Shown: piece after piece, positions 50,580 through 61,700 of the stretch
Layout of the letters: each line of letters starts with the position of its first letter
Position numbering within the stretch: the first letter of the stretch is position 1
Virus record (IMG/VR): IMGVR_UViG_3300030511_000001
Coordinates: 1-64,000 of that record
Length of the DNA: 64,000 nucleotides
Strand: one strand, 5' to 3'
Source of the DNA: a virus
Lineage: Duplodnaviria; Caudoviricetes
Made by a program: the position numbers and the translations under genes
Notes under the pieces: model-generated
The model's input: only the letters and a program-made list of their open reading frames with translations
What the model was told of the DNA's origin: nothing
Database searches by the model: none

Positions 50580-53500
50580 ATGGACATCGTCCAGGGCGTA
50601 CGGATTGAGGTGTCCACCCGCGGTGCGGATCGCATCGCGCAGGTGGGGCGTCAGATCGACGATCTGACCGGGAAGCTGTCGAAGCTGAACGGAGCCTCTC
50701 TGTCCGGACTGAACGGCGCGCTCAACGCCGCGGCGCAGGCCGCCGCCGGCATTCTCAAGACGGTCACGAAGGTCTCCGAAGACGTTGCGCGCTCAACCTC
50801 GCGCATGACGCAGCAGGCCGTGCGCGAGGCGCAGACGTCCGCGAAGGAGCGCGCGCGGCAGGAGACGATCGTCGCGAAGGAGGCCGAGCGCACCGCCAAG
50901 TTGCAGGAGGCGGCGGCGCAGCGCGCGGCGAAGGAACAGGAGCGCGCGTCCGCGCGAGCTGCCAAGGCCGCCGAGCAAGCGGCGAAACAGGCGGAGGCGG
51001 CGGAGTGGCGGAAGCTGCTCGCCGCAGAGCGTGTCGCGCAGCGCCAGGCGCGCGCGGCGGAGGAAGCCGCGGCCGCGGTGAAGAAGGCCGCCGATGCCGC
51101 CGCACGTGAGCAGGAGAAGGCCGCGAAGAAGGCCGCCGACATCATCGAGCGCGAGGCCGCGCGAGCTGCCAAAGCTGCGGCCAAAGAGGCGGAGAAACAG
51201 AAGAAGGCCGCCGAGGAGATGGCGAAGGCCACGGCGGCCGCCGCGCGATCGCTCGGCAACACCACCGCCGGCAAAGGAACGCCCGGAGGCCGCGACGCGA
51301 TCGCGGAGATGGGCCTCTCCATCAAACAGCTTCAGAGCATGAGCCCGACGAAGGCGTTCAACGAAGTGAAGAACGCCATCATGCAGATCAGCGATCCGAC
51401 GCAGCGCGCGTCCATGGCGATCCGCATCTTCGGCGACGAGGGCCGGCGCCTCGGCCCGCAGCTCGAGTTCGGCGTGAAGGAACTCAAGATCCTCGACGCG
51501 GCCGCGCGCAAGGCGAAGGAGCCCGTCGACGAGCTGGCCGATGCGCTGAAGCGTCTCGGTAAATCCACGAACGACCTCGAAAAGCTCGAGGCGCTACGCA
51601 CGCTCGGGCTCAACCCCGAGCAGATCATCAAAGGCAAGCCGGAAGCGGCGCTCGTCGCCATTCAGATGGCGCTCCGCGGAGTGAAAGACCCCGCGCAGCG
51701 CGCGCAACTCGCCATCGCTCTGCTCGGCCAGGCCGGCAAAAAAATGGCCGACGAGATGAATCAGGGAAGCGCCATCCTGAAGTTCTTCGGGCAGGTGCTC
51801 GGCGGCCTGTTCCCGGGACTCATCGGCGGAAACATCCTCGCGAACCTGCTGACGATGGCGATTCTCAAAGTCATCGACGCGGTGAAGTGGCTCGCCGACA
51901 AGATGATCGAGGCCGTGAAGATGGGAGTTACCTACAACTCCTTCCTTCGCGAGACGGAGCTCGGCATCGCTTCGCTCGTCATGACGTACGGCAAGTGGAT
52001 CGACGCGCAGGGCAACGTCGTCGCCTCCACGCGGGCGTTCGCGCTTTCGCAGGTGCTCGCGAAGGACGTGCTCGAGCAGGCCCGCGTCGCCGCGCTCGAG
52101 ACCACGGCCACGTTCCCCGAGATGACGCGCGCGCTTCAGGAGGGCATGGGGCCCGCGCTGCAGGCCGGTCTCAATCCGGACAACATCGTCAAGTTCACCC
52201 AGGCGATGACGCAGGCCGCCGGCGCGATCGGGCTACCGTTCGATCAGCTCGGGCAGGAAATCCGCGGCGTGCTCGAGTTCGACCTCTCCCGCAACAGCCG
52301 CATCGCGCGAATGCTGTTTCAGGGCATGGGCAAGAGCGCGGATGAACTGCGAAACCAGTTCAACGCGATGACCGCCTCGGCCAAGTTCGACTACCTCATG
52401 GAGAAGCTGAAGGCGTTCAGCGCCGCCGGCGAAGCCCTCGCCCGCACTCCGAAGGGCGCGATGTCGAACCTGAAGGACGCCATCGAGCAGATGATGGGCG
52501 AGGGCACCACGCAGCTCACGAAGGACTTCACCGAAGCGGTGCTGCAGCTTTCCCAGTCCTTCCTCATCACCGGAACGAACGGAAAGAAGGCGTTCGATCC
52601 GACGCTCATCCAGGCCATCAAAGACGCCTACAAGGCGGTCGACGAGTTCGGCATGCAGCTCCTCGACCTCGCGGAGACGTGGGCGGCGCTGAACGGCCAG
52701 TCGATCAAATTCGAAGGCGAGACCACGTTCGAACGTCTTGCCGACGCCGTCCGCCAGGTCACGCACGACCTGCGCGAGCTGATGGCGATGTACAAGGAAT
52801 TCAAAGAGCTCGGGCCGATCGAGCGCGCGATGCCGTGGGCGCCGCTGACTGCCGCGAAGCGCGGCGAACAGCGCGTGGCGGAGGAGGACGAGTGGCTGAA
52901 GGGCATCGCCGATCCGAACGTCGCGAAATACATCGCGCAGCACATGGAGTCGGAGGATGACCGGAAGTGGATTCGCGACAACATCGGCTGGCTGAAGAAG
53001 TTTCAGGCCGGGAACATGCCGGAGCCCGCGGAAGGCGCCGGATTCAACACGAGCGACGTTCCGGATATGTACCTGCCGGCGGGCAAGCCGGACAACGCCG
53101 AGACGGCGCAGAAGATCCTCGTCACGCAAAAGCAGGTCGAGGCCGCGCAGATTCAGGCGCAGCTCGCCGGCACCGGCAACGCGCTCGCGCGTGAGCGGCT
53201 GCAACTCGAAATCGGCATCCTGAACGCTTCCGAAAAGCTCGCGAAGTCGAAGATCGACATCGAGAAGGCCGAGGGCTCGACGGCGCAGAAGGCCGCCATG
53301 ACGGCGCTCGCGCAGCAGATGGCCGACGCCGAGAAGACGCAGGCGCGGCGCGGGTACGAGCTCGCCACCGAGCGCATCGCGAAACAGGAGGCCGACCAGG
53401 TTGCGGCGCAGCGCGAGCAGCTTGACCTGCTGCGGCAGCAGCTCGGCACCGCCGGCGAGCTCAGTGCGCTCGTCAAAGAGCGCGTCGACCACGACGCACG

Positions 53501-56321
53501 GCTCGCGTCGATTGAGGCCGAGCGCCAGGCGCAGCGCCGTTCGATCGACCCGTACGCCGGAAACAAGGTGGAGCTCGAAAACCTCGCCGACGAGACGGCG
53601 CGGGTGAAGGTGCTTCAGGCCGAGCAGCAGCATCATGCCGTCCTCGAGGCCATCACACGCGAGATCGCCACGCAGACCGCCACGCTCGAGCGCCAGGCGG
53701 CGCAGGCCGAGAAGAACGTCGAGGTGACGCGCGCTCAGGTCGAGGCCGAGCGTCTGCGCTCGCGCGAGATTCAGACCGTGGCAGACGTGCAGCGCATCGC
53801 GCAGGCCGATCGGCTCGCGGCGGAGGCGGAGTTTCAGGCGCGTCGCGTAGAGCTCGAGGCGCAGGCCGAGCAGCAGATCGCCGAACAGCGCGCGACCGCC
53901 ATGGCCTCGCTCAAGCGCCTCATGACCGGCAACGGCACGGCCGAGGACATCGCGTCGATCAAAACGGCGCAGGAGCGCATCGCGGCCATCCAGCGGACGA
54001 CCGCGGCGACGATCGCCGCCGACCGCGCGAAGCTCGAGGGGCAAATTTCGAAGATCGTGATCGACGCGGAGACGAACCGCATCAAGGTCACGAATCAGCT
54101 CCGCGGCAATCAGCGCGCGCAGCAGCTCGCGCAGGCGTACTCGGAAGCACAGACGCTCGCCGAGGTGATGCGGGCGACGGCGGCGGAGGCGCAGGGCGCC
54201 GCGAACATGGGCCTCGCCGTCACCGCCGGCGCCGTCGCCACGGCCGCCGCGGCTTCAGCCGCGGTGTTCAAAGCAGAGCTGGAGAAGCTGCTCAAGCTCC
54301 TCGACAAGATTTCGTCCTGGTGGCAGACGTTCGCGCAGAACATGGCGAACGCCGTGGGGACCGCCTTCGACACGCTCTCTCGCGGCGGGAAGTTGTCCGA
54401 CGTTTTCAAAGCGATCGGGGACAGCTTCCGCACCACCATGATCGACGCCGTTCAGGCGTGGATCAACGACTACACGTCGAAGCTCGCATTCGCAGCCGAG
54501 GGCAAGGATTCGAACGGCAACGTCATCGAGTCCGGCGCCGGCGCCATGGGGAGCAAAGAGCAGAAGGGCGCGCTCGCGAAAATGGGCGCCGCCCAGGTCG
54601 CGCAGGCCGGCTTCAGCGGCTACGCGGCGGGCCGCGGCAACGGTCAGGCCACGATGAGCGCGGCGCTCGCGGCGTTCGGCACGTACGCGTCGACGGGCAA
54701 CATCTACGTGGCGATCGCCGCGGCCATCGCTTCGCTCATCGGCTCCGCGCTCAGCGCCCAGGCGAAACAGAAAGACTACAAGTGGGGGATGCCGACGTTC
54801 GGCGCAAACGGGCGCGTCGACGTGTACGCGAATAAGAACATTCTCGACAGCGAGCGGGAGATGATGGTCTCCAAGTTCCAGAACGCGGTGAACGATAACT
54901 GGAACTCCTGGGTGAACATCCTCCTGAAGCTCCCGGGCGCGAACATCCCCAACATCAGCAAACTCGTGCCCACGGCGAACGATCCCATTCGCTACGTGCA
55001 GGAGCGGCCGTCCGCGAACTTCATGAAGCACTGGGACGAGTATCTTGCGAACGACCTCCCCAAATACATCGCCGGCAAGTTCAAAGACTCGCTGAAGGAA
55101 GCGTTCACCGGCGCGATGGAGTCGCTGACCCGCGGCCCGATCACGGCGGACGTGAAGAAGGCGCTCGGTGCCCAGTTTGAAAAGTTCTGGACGGAGGCGG
55201 AACGGCTCGACCAGTCGACGCGGAAACAGTTCTGGTCCGACATGGCGGACGGCTTCGTGGCCTTCGCCAATGCGGCGCGCCGCATGGAGAACGTGAACAA
55301 GGCGCTCCGGAACCTCGGGCAGACCCGCTTCGATGAGAACGGCGATTTCAAGATCAGCGGCGACTCGGATTTCGTGTCGTGGCTGAAGGCCGGCACGCAG
55401 GGCATCTACGACCAGGCGCGCGCCATGGTCAACCTCACCGGGCCGGAGCGCGTCGCGGCGTTCAAAGCCCTCGGCCAGTCCGTCGAGGGCGTGACGAAGG
55501 CTCTCAGCGAGTACATCGCCCACATCGCCGACGTGCTGCGCCAGCTCAAACAGTCGTTCCACGACGCGCGGTATCAGATGGACCTCCACCGCGCCGGCGA
55601 AGTGCGCGACGCGAACGGCAACGTGATCCACGAAGCCGACCGCAACGCCATGGCCCGCATCATGGAGGCCGAATACAACCGCCTGATGAACCGCATCAAC
55701 AATGCGGCGGCGCTCGGGCTGACGGCTGACGAAGTTGCGGCGGACACGCAGCGCGCGATGTCGATCCTCAACGACATCTACATGCTCGACCCGACCGAGG
55801 CGGCCTATGAGTGGTGGCTCGCGCAGATGGCGGCGCTCGAGGCCGCGAGCACCGCGGCACTTCAGGAGCTCGGCGACCTTGCCCGCGATGCGGTCACGGC
55901 ACTGATCGAGTCGCTGCAGCCGTTCGTGGATTGGTTCAACGGGCTGCCGGTGGACCTCGCCGCGGCGCAGGCGCTCCTCACCGGTCCCGCCGGCGCGTTC
56001 GCGGGCTTCGCCGAGGCGCTGGCCGACCTCACCGAGCGCGTGAAGGAAACGCTGCCGCCGGGCGGCGGTACGACTCCTCCCGGTGGCGGTATTGATCCTC
56101 CCGGGCGCGATGACGACGACGGCGTGCGCCATCAGAACCTCTCGACGGGCGGCGGGTTCACGGCGATGTCGTCGGCTGCGGTCGTCGATAACTCGGGTGG
56201 CGACACCTACAACTTCTACTTTGGAAACGTCTACGGCGTCGACGAGCTGCAGCAGGTCGTCACCGATGCCGTGCAGTCGGTCGCGCGGAACAACCCCAAC
56301 AAGCTCCGGAGGGACTGGTAA
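50580..56321 (+). CDS. tape measure protein
   Basis: 1913 aa Ala-rich helical, after chaperone; two LGL...DP.QRA..AI..G repeats. Confidence 0.93.
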   Translation: MDIVQGVRIEVSTRGADRIAQVGRQIDDLTGKLSKLNGASLSGLNGALNAAAQAAAGILKTVTKVSEDVARSTSRMTQQAVREAQTSAKERARQETIVAKEAERTAKLQEAAAQRAAKEQERASARAAKAAEQAAKQAEAAEWRKLLAAERVAQRQARAAEEAAAAVKKAADAAAREQEKAAKKAADIIEREAARAAKAAAKEAEKQKKAAEEMAKATAAAARSLGNTTAGKGTPGGRDAIAEMGLSIKQLQSMSPTKAFNEVKNAIMQISDPTQRASMAIRIFGDEGRRLGPQLEFGVKELKILDAAARKAKEPVDELADALKRLGKSTNDLEKLEALRTLGLNPEQIIKGKPEAALVAIQMALRGVKDPAQRAQLAIALLGQAGKKMADEMNQGSAILKFFGQVLGGLFPGLIGGNILANLLTMAILKVIDAVKWLADKMIEAVKMGVTYNSFLRETELGIASLVMTYGKWIDAQGNVVASTRAFALSQVLAKDVLEQARVAALETTATFPEMTRALQEGMGPALQAGLNPDNIVKFTQAMTQAAGAIGLPFDQLGQEIRGVLEFDLSRNSRIARMLFQGMGKSADELRNQFNAMTASAKFDYLMEKLKAFSAAGEALARTPKGAMSNLKDAIEQMMGEGTTQLTKDFTEAVLQLSQSFLITGTNGKKAFDPTLIQAIKDAYKAVDEFGMQLLDLAETWAALNGQSIKFEGETTFERLADAVRQVTHDLRELMAMYKEFKELGPIERAMPWAPLTAAKRGEQRVAEEDEWLKGIADPNVAKYIAQHMESEDDRKWIRDNIGWLKKFQAGNMPEPAEGAGFNTSDVPDMYLPAGKPDNAETAQKILVTQKQVEAAQIQAQLAGTGNALARERLQLEIGILNASEKLAKSKIDIEKAEGSTAQKAAMTALAQQMADAEKTQARRGYELATERIAKQEADQVAAQREQLDLLRQQLGTAGELSALVKERVDHDARLASIEAERQAQRRSIDPYAGNKVELENLADETARVKVLQAEQQHHAVLEAITREIATQTATLERQAAQAEKNVEVTRAQVEAERLRSREIQTVADVQRIAQADRLAAEAEFQARRVELEAQAEQQIAEQRATAMASLKRLMTGNGTAEDIASIKTAQERIAAIQRTTAATIAADRAKLEGQISKIVIDAETNRIKVTNQLRGNQRAQQLAQAYSEAQTLAEVMRATAAEAQGAANMGLAVTAGAVATAAAASAAVFKAELEKLLKLLDKISSWWQTFAQNMANAVGTAFDTLSRGGKLSDVFKAIGDSFRTTMIDAVQAWINDYTSKLAFAAEGKDSNGNVIESGAGAMGSKEQKGALAKMGAAQVAQAGFSGYAAGRGNGQATMSAALAAFGTYASTGNIYVAIAAAIASLIGSALSAQAKQKDYKWGMPTFGANGRVDVYANKNILDSEREMMVSKFQNAVNDNWNSWVNILLKLPGANIPNISKLVPTANDPIRYVQERPSANFMKHWDEYLANDLPKYIAGKFKDSLKEAFTGAMESLTRGPITADVKKALGAQFEKFWTEAERLDQSTRKQFWSDMADGFVAFANAARRMENVNKALRNLGQTRFDENGDFKISGDSDFVSWLKAGTQGIYDQARAMVNLTGPERVAAFKALGQSVEGVTKALSEYIAHIADVLRQLKQSFHDARYQMDLHRAGEVRDANGNVIHEADRNAMARIMEAEYNRLMNRINNAAALGLTADEVAADTQRAMSILNDIYMLDPTEAAYEWWLAQMAALEAASTAALQELGDLARDAVTALIESLQPFVDWFNGLPVDLAAAQALLTGPAGAFAGFAEALADLTERVKETLPPGGGTTPPGGGIDPPGRDDDDGVRHQNLSTGGGFTAMSSAAVVDNSGGDTYNFYFGNVYGVDELQQVVTDAVQSVARNNPNKLRRDW

Positions 56322-56845
56322 TGCTCGCACTCGAGCTCATCGCATGGCTTCTCGCCGCGTATGTCGTGACGTCGGCGTTCGAATACTTTCCGCACCGGTG
56401 GGTGATGCACAGTCGGCAGCTCGCGCGCCGTGTCGGCTCTGCGCGTCTAGCCGAGGAGTTCGAATCGCACGCGACGCTCCACCATGGACGATTCTTCGGC
56501 CCGCGCTCGTTCACCACGTGCGCCGACCCGGCCGCGCGGTACGTGTCGATCGACACCGGCGCGCTCTACATGCTCGGAAAGACGTGGTGGGTGTGGCTGC
56601 CGCTGGCTGCGGTGTCGCTCATCGGCGCCGGCGTGCTCGCCGCCTTCTTCGCCGCGCATGGCGCGCTCTGGACGGCGGTCCATCGCGAGATGCACTACCC
56701 GAGCGGCCGCTGGTTTGCGCGGTCGTCCGCCTATCGCTTCTGGCACCGCTATCACGAGACGCATCACGACCGTCACGGCACGAACTTCAACGTGCTTTGC
56801 CCGGGCTTCGACCACCTGTTCGGGACGTACGGAGGGCTCGCGTAG
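56321..56845 (+). CDS. fatty-acid hydroxylase / sterol desaturase superfamily membrane enzyme
   Basis: His boxes EYFPHRWVMH, HATLHH, HREMH, HRYHETHH, NFNV...DHLFGT; TMs. Confidence 0.88.
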   Translation: MLALELIAWLLAAYVVTSAFEYFPHRWVMHSRQLARRVGSARLAEEFESHATLHHGRFFGPRSFTTCADPAARYVSIDTGALYMLGKTWWVWLPLAAVSLIGAGVLAAFFAAHGALWTAVHREMHYPSGRWFARSSAYRFWHRYHETHHDRHGTNFNVLCPGFDHLFGTYGGLA

Positions 56846-57445
56846 ATGCGCAGCGTCACGGGGCTCAACGGGCAGCACACCGCCGGCGAAAACAACGCGC
56901 CGGTGTCGCTCGTCGCGCTCGAGATTCCGGATAACCCGTTCTACATCACCGACATCGATGACGAGTTCGGAGACATCTTCCTGAACCGCACGACCGGCGC
57001 GATGCAGAACGTGTGGGCGGACGGCTTCACGCAGTTCGTGCCGCATGCCGGCCTGCGCGTGCCCGCCTTCTCGCTGACGGATCAGACGATTCAGGACGAC
57101 CTCACGATCTCGCTGGCGAACGAAAACCGCGCGTGGTTTCAGGTGCTCGCGGAGAACGCCTACCGCGATGCACTCGTGACGGTGTGGCAGGGGCAGCTCA
57201 ACGTCGCGCCGATCGCGATGGTGCCCGAGGCCATGGCCTTCGCGCCTGGCACCGTGAAGATGTACGTCGGCCGCATCTCCGGAAACATGAACGTGACGCG
57301 CGAGGTGGTGACGATCCTCGTGAAGCCGCACGTCGTGCCGTTCACGGTGACGATCCCCTACCGCATCCACGACGCGACCACGTTCCGCCGCATGCCCAAA
57401 GCCGGCCGCAAGCTCACGTGGGGCTACACGGAAAGGACGGAGTAG
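56846..57445 (+). CDS. minor tail / baseplate-hub-like protein
   Basis: position after TMP; LVALEI...YITD...F. Confidence 0.6.
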   Translation: MRSVTGLNGQHTAGENNAPVSLVALEIPDNPFYITDIDDEFGDIFLNRTTGAMQNVWADGFTQFVPHAGLRVPAFSLTDQTIQDDLTISLANENRAWFQVLAENAYRDALVTVWQGQLNVAPIAMVPEAMAFAPGTVKMYVGRISGNMNVTREVVTILVKPHVVPFTVTIPYRIHDATTFRRMPKAGRKLTWGYTERTE

Positions 57446-57447
57446 CG

Positions 57448-58140
57448 ATGCCGCGCAACTACATCCCCGCCTTTCCCGACATCCGCGGCCAGCGGTACGA
57501 GCGCGTCCTCATCAGCGAGACGCAGACCTCGCCGCTCGACACGGCGGCCGACCTGCGCGGCATCACCGGCAGCGTCATCACCTCCGGCGCCGAGGGTGAG
57601 GTGCGCACGCCGACCGTCCGCCGCTACCGCTTCCGCCTCGGGTGGGACTATCTGACCACCGAGGAGGCCGTCGACGTCGAGTACGCCGCGGTGGAGCTCT
57701 GCGCCGATGGCAACGGCGTTTGCCCGTTCATCGAGTGGGAACCGACGTCGGAGCTCGAGTATCCGGGCGATCTGTTCGCGCTGTGGCCTGGAAAGGTCAC
57801 GGGCGCCACGCCGTACGTCGGGCCGTTTCACTGGTGGGACTTCGACCCCGCGTACGTGTCGATCGTCCCGGCGCTCGGCGAAGATCCCGTGTTCGCCACG
57901 CTGACGTCGGACGACACGTGGCTCGGGAACATCCCCACGTTCAGCGTCGCTGCGCCGGCGCACGCGCGGTACTACGCGACGCTCTATGCGCCCCTGTTCC
58001 ATGCGCCGCGGCGCATTCGTCTCGTGACGATCGAGCCGGGCACGTACATCCGTGACAAGTCGAAGATTCCCGATCGTTGGGCGGTGAGCGTGACGCTCGT
58101 CGAGAAGGAGACCGGCATCGCGCCGGGCTACGCACGATGA
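57448..58140 (+). CDS. distal tail-like protein
   Basis: RRYRFRLGWDYL...CPFIEW resembles the next gene. Confidence 0.6.
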   Translation: MPRNYIPAFPDIRGQRYERVLISETQTSPLDTAADLRGITGSVITSGAEGEVRTPTVRRYRFRLGWDYLTTEEAVDVEYAAVELCADGNGVCPFIEWEPTSELEYPGDLFALWPGKVTGATPYVGPFHWWDFDPAYVSIVPALGEDPVFATLTSDDTWLGNIPTFSVAAPAHARYYATLYAPLFHAPRRIRLVTIEPGTYIRDKSKIPDRWAVSVTLVEKETGIAPGYAR

Positions 58141-58763
58141 GCGCATTTCCTGACATCACGCCGGCGTCCATGAACGTCGGAAGCCGGTACCGCGCCGTGC
58201 CGCTGTGGGGCCCGCGCTCGGTGCTCAGCCGCGGCGGGGCGCAGTTCACGGCCTTCCGGAAGTTCCGGCGGCCGCGCTATGCCTTTGAGCTCGCGTGGAC
58301 GCATCTCGAGCTCGCGACCGCGCGCGAGATCGCGCAGCACATCACCGATCAGCACGTGACGCTGCTGCCGTTCGATTGGTTCGACTGGTATCCGTTCTGG
58401 TGGCGCTCGGTGTTCGTCGGCATCGGCGACGGCGCGACGACGCAGTGGGTGCTCCCCGCGAAGGACGTCACCGACGTGACGATCTATGTGGGCGGCGCGA
58501 CGTCCGCCGGCGGCACCGACCGCACGTTCATCGGCGGCAATCAGCTTTTCCGAATCGGGCCGAATTTCGAGGACGGCGTCTCGCTCTTTGCGCCGCCCGC
58601 GCTCGGCCGCCCGATTTGGGCCTACTTCCGCGGCCGTCGCCGCTGGAACGTGACGATCGAGGCCGACATGCAGGGCGCGATGACGCGCGATCTCGAGACG
58701 GGCACCTACGCGGTCTCGATGCGCCTGATGCAGACGAAGCCGGCGCCGGCGGGGGTGGTGTAG
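58137..58763 (+). CDS. DUF2460-like distal tail protein
   Basis: PRYAFELAW..L...PFDW.D...GIGDG.TT.W.L. Confidence 0.65.
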   Translation: MSAFPDITPASMNVGSRYRAVPLWGPRSVLSRGGAQFTAFRKFRRPRYAFELAWTHLELATAREIAQHITDQHVTLLPFDWFDWYPFWWRSVFVGIGDGATTQWVLPAKDVTDVTIYVGGATSAGGTDRTFIGGNQLFRIGPNFEDGVSLFAPPALGRPIWAYFRGRRRWNVTIEADMQGAMTRDLETGTYAVSMRLMQTKPAPAGVV

Positions 58764-58766
58764 GCC

Positions 58767-61700
58767 ATGGCGTTCAACGACCGTTTCCGCCGCAACCCCG
58801 ACCCGCCGGAGCCCGGCCCGGGCGGCATCGCCACGCGCCGCGGCGGCGTCGACCCGGCCAACGTCATCCGCCGGAACATCTACGCTGTCAATCCGCGGCC
58901 GTGGATTCCCGGCGCCGGACCTCCGGCCGCCACGCCGACGCAGCGGACGTTCCACGATCCGCGCGAGTACACGGGCACGTTCAGCGCGGCGGGGCTGCCG
59001 ATCGACATTGCGCTCGGCCGATGCCTTCAGCCGGTCACGAAACTGATCTATGAGGAGTCGTGGAACAACTTCACGACGCTCACATGGATCGTCTCGCTTT
59101 GTGAGGGCCCGATTCAGTCGATTCAGCCGGTCGTCGACGACAAACCGCTGCGTCTCGTCTCGGGCAGCTTCACGAATCCGAACGGCACGAAGTTCGTCGA
59201 CGAGTCGGGCTTCATCCAGGTCTATTGCTACGACGGCTCGCAAACCTCGCTCGCGTCGTCGGGCCTCGGCTCGTTCGATCCGCTCGCGGCCGCGGAGGAG
59301 GTGCACACCGGCCTCGCGCTGGCCGTCGTGTTCATCACGTTCGACCCCGAGAAGATGAACACCGCGCCGAACATGACGTGGATTCTCGAGGGCTACCGCC
59401 TCTGCAAAGACCCCGTCGACGGCGTGCAGCGTTACTCGCCCTATCCGGCGGTGCATGCGCGCGAGCTGCTGGTGAACAAGACGTGGGGCATTCAGATGCC
59501 CGACGACACGCTCCACCTCGACGACCACCTGACGAACCTCGGCGGGTGGGGCCGCGCGCGCAACGACTGCGCGATCGCCATCTTCCCGCCGAAGCCGTCG
59601 AACCCCGTGACCCTCGCCAACGGCGGCGCCGGCAGCATCCCTGCCGGGAGCTACTACTACACCTTCACCAGCGTGACCGGCGACGGCATCGAGACGCTGG
59701 AATCGCCGGTCTCGAGCGTCATCACGTTCGGCACGGCGAGCCGCGTCACCGTCACCGTTCCCGCCGGCGGCGCGGGAACGAGCTCGCGCAACATCTACCG
59801 CAACGCCGTGAGCGGTGTGCAGACGCCGCGCTACCTCGTCGGCACGATCGCGAACAACACCGCGGGCGCGACCCTCAGCGACAACACGCCGAACACGGTG
59901 CTGCTCGCGAATGGAGCCACGGCGCCCGTCGTCGCGCCGCGGCCGGAGCGGTATGTCTCGGGAATCCTCATCTCGCGCCAGGCGAACGGGCAGGACTGGC
60001 TGGACACGATCCTCGCGCACTTCGCGGGGAAGGTCACGATGGACAACGGGCGCTATCAGTGCCGCGTCGATCAGAAGCTCGACGCCGGCTACACGCCGAT
60101 GGTCCTCCGCGACGAGATGCACGACGACGGGACGAACGTCCTGCCGGCGAACGTCGATCCGCTCACCGTCGAGGTGTGGCGCAAGGATGAGACGGAACTG
60201 TTCAACGTAGTCACCATCAACTACCTCGACAGCAACAACAACTTTCAGCCGGCCAGCATCACGATCAAGCGCGACAAGGTGAAGGCGCTCCTCGAGCGGC
60301 CGCGCGTGGCGACGTACGAACTGCCGGGATGCCCGGACAAGAATCAGGCACTCCGCATCGGCACGCTCTATCTGAACCGCGCGTGGGATGACCTGCTGTG
60401 GCGCATCCGCGGCGATCGCTCGGTGCTCGCTCTGCAGCCCGGTCTGGACGTCGCCGAACTGCGCATCGGCGGCCTCGTGTTCGATGGTCGCGCGCTGAAG
60501 CTCTCCACGGACGGCGACGCCTTCATGCTCGAGGGCGAGGAGTATCACGAGGAGAGCTACGCGGAGCTCGTCCAGAACGAGGACACGCCGATCGGCACGA
60601 CGATCCCCGACCCGAGCTCGACGCCGCCGAACCCGACGAACTGCAACGTGCAGGAGGTGCCCGCCGAGGACGGCAGCGGCGCCGGCGCCTACTTCCTCGT
60701 GACCTTCACGCCGGGGCTCACCCCGTACTACCGCTCCACGCGCGTCGTCGTGAACGACGGCCTGAACACGTATGTGGCGGCCGAGCAGGAGAACGGCCCG
60801 GTGCCGATCCGGAACCTGCGCCGCGGCTTCCCGCACCTCATCACGCTCTACACGCTGACCGATCGCGGTACGCGCATCTCGACGGGCGTCACGCTCGGCC
60901 CGATCACGCCGCAGCTCCTCGGCCCCATCGTGCCGGACGTCCTGAACCTGGCCGCGCCGTTCGACACGCACGAGCGCCGCGGCACCATCACGTGCACGCT
61001 GCCGCCGTACGTCGGCATCGACCACATCGAGGTTTTCGACAACTTCGGGAACCCCGTCGTGCCGCCGCGTATCGCATCGGTGCCCGCGTCGACCGTCTCG
61101 ACCGGCGCGCCGATCGACCTCAAAGCGTTCATCCACGGCGACGGCTACGCGAACGATCAGGTGTTTTCGATCATCGTGAAGGTCGTCAACTCGTTCGGCG
61201 ACAAGTCGCCGGGCATCCCGATTTCGTGGACGATCAAACAGAACGGCACCGCGGCGTACACGGTCGGCTTCGATCCGCGCGACGTCACGTTCGACGGCTC
61301 CGCGGTGTGGGTGGCGAATCACAACGGCGGGAACGTTCAGCGGATCAAGCGATCGACCGGAACGGTGGATCTGACGGTGAACGTCGGCTCGAAGCCGTAC
61401 GGCATCCTCTACGAGAGCGGCCGCATTTGGGTGGCGAACTATGGCTCCGACACCGTGACGTACATGAACACGGACGGCTCGAGCGTCGGCACTCTGAGCC
61501 TCGCCGCCGGCGACGGGCCTCTCGGGCTGATCGCCTACACCAACAGCACGGGCGAGCGGCGCATCGTCGTGAGCTGCCACAAGACGAACCGCGTGAAGAT
61601 CATCGACCCCGTGGGCCTGTCGGTGACGGGCACGGTCATCAACGTCGGACGGAAGCCGTGTTTCATGTACGTCGTCGACGTCAACGGCGAAGCGCGCCGG

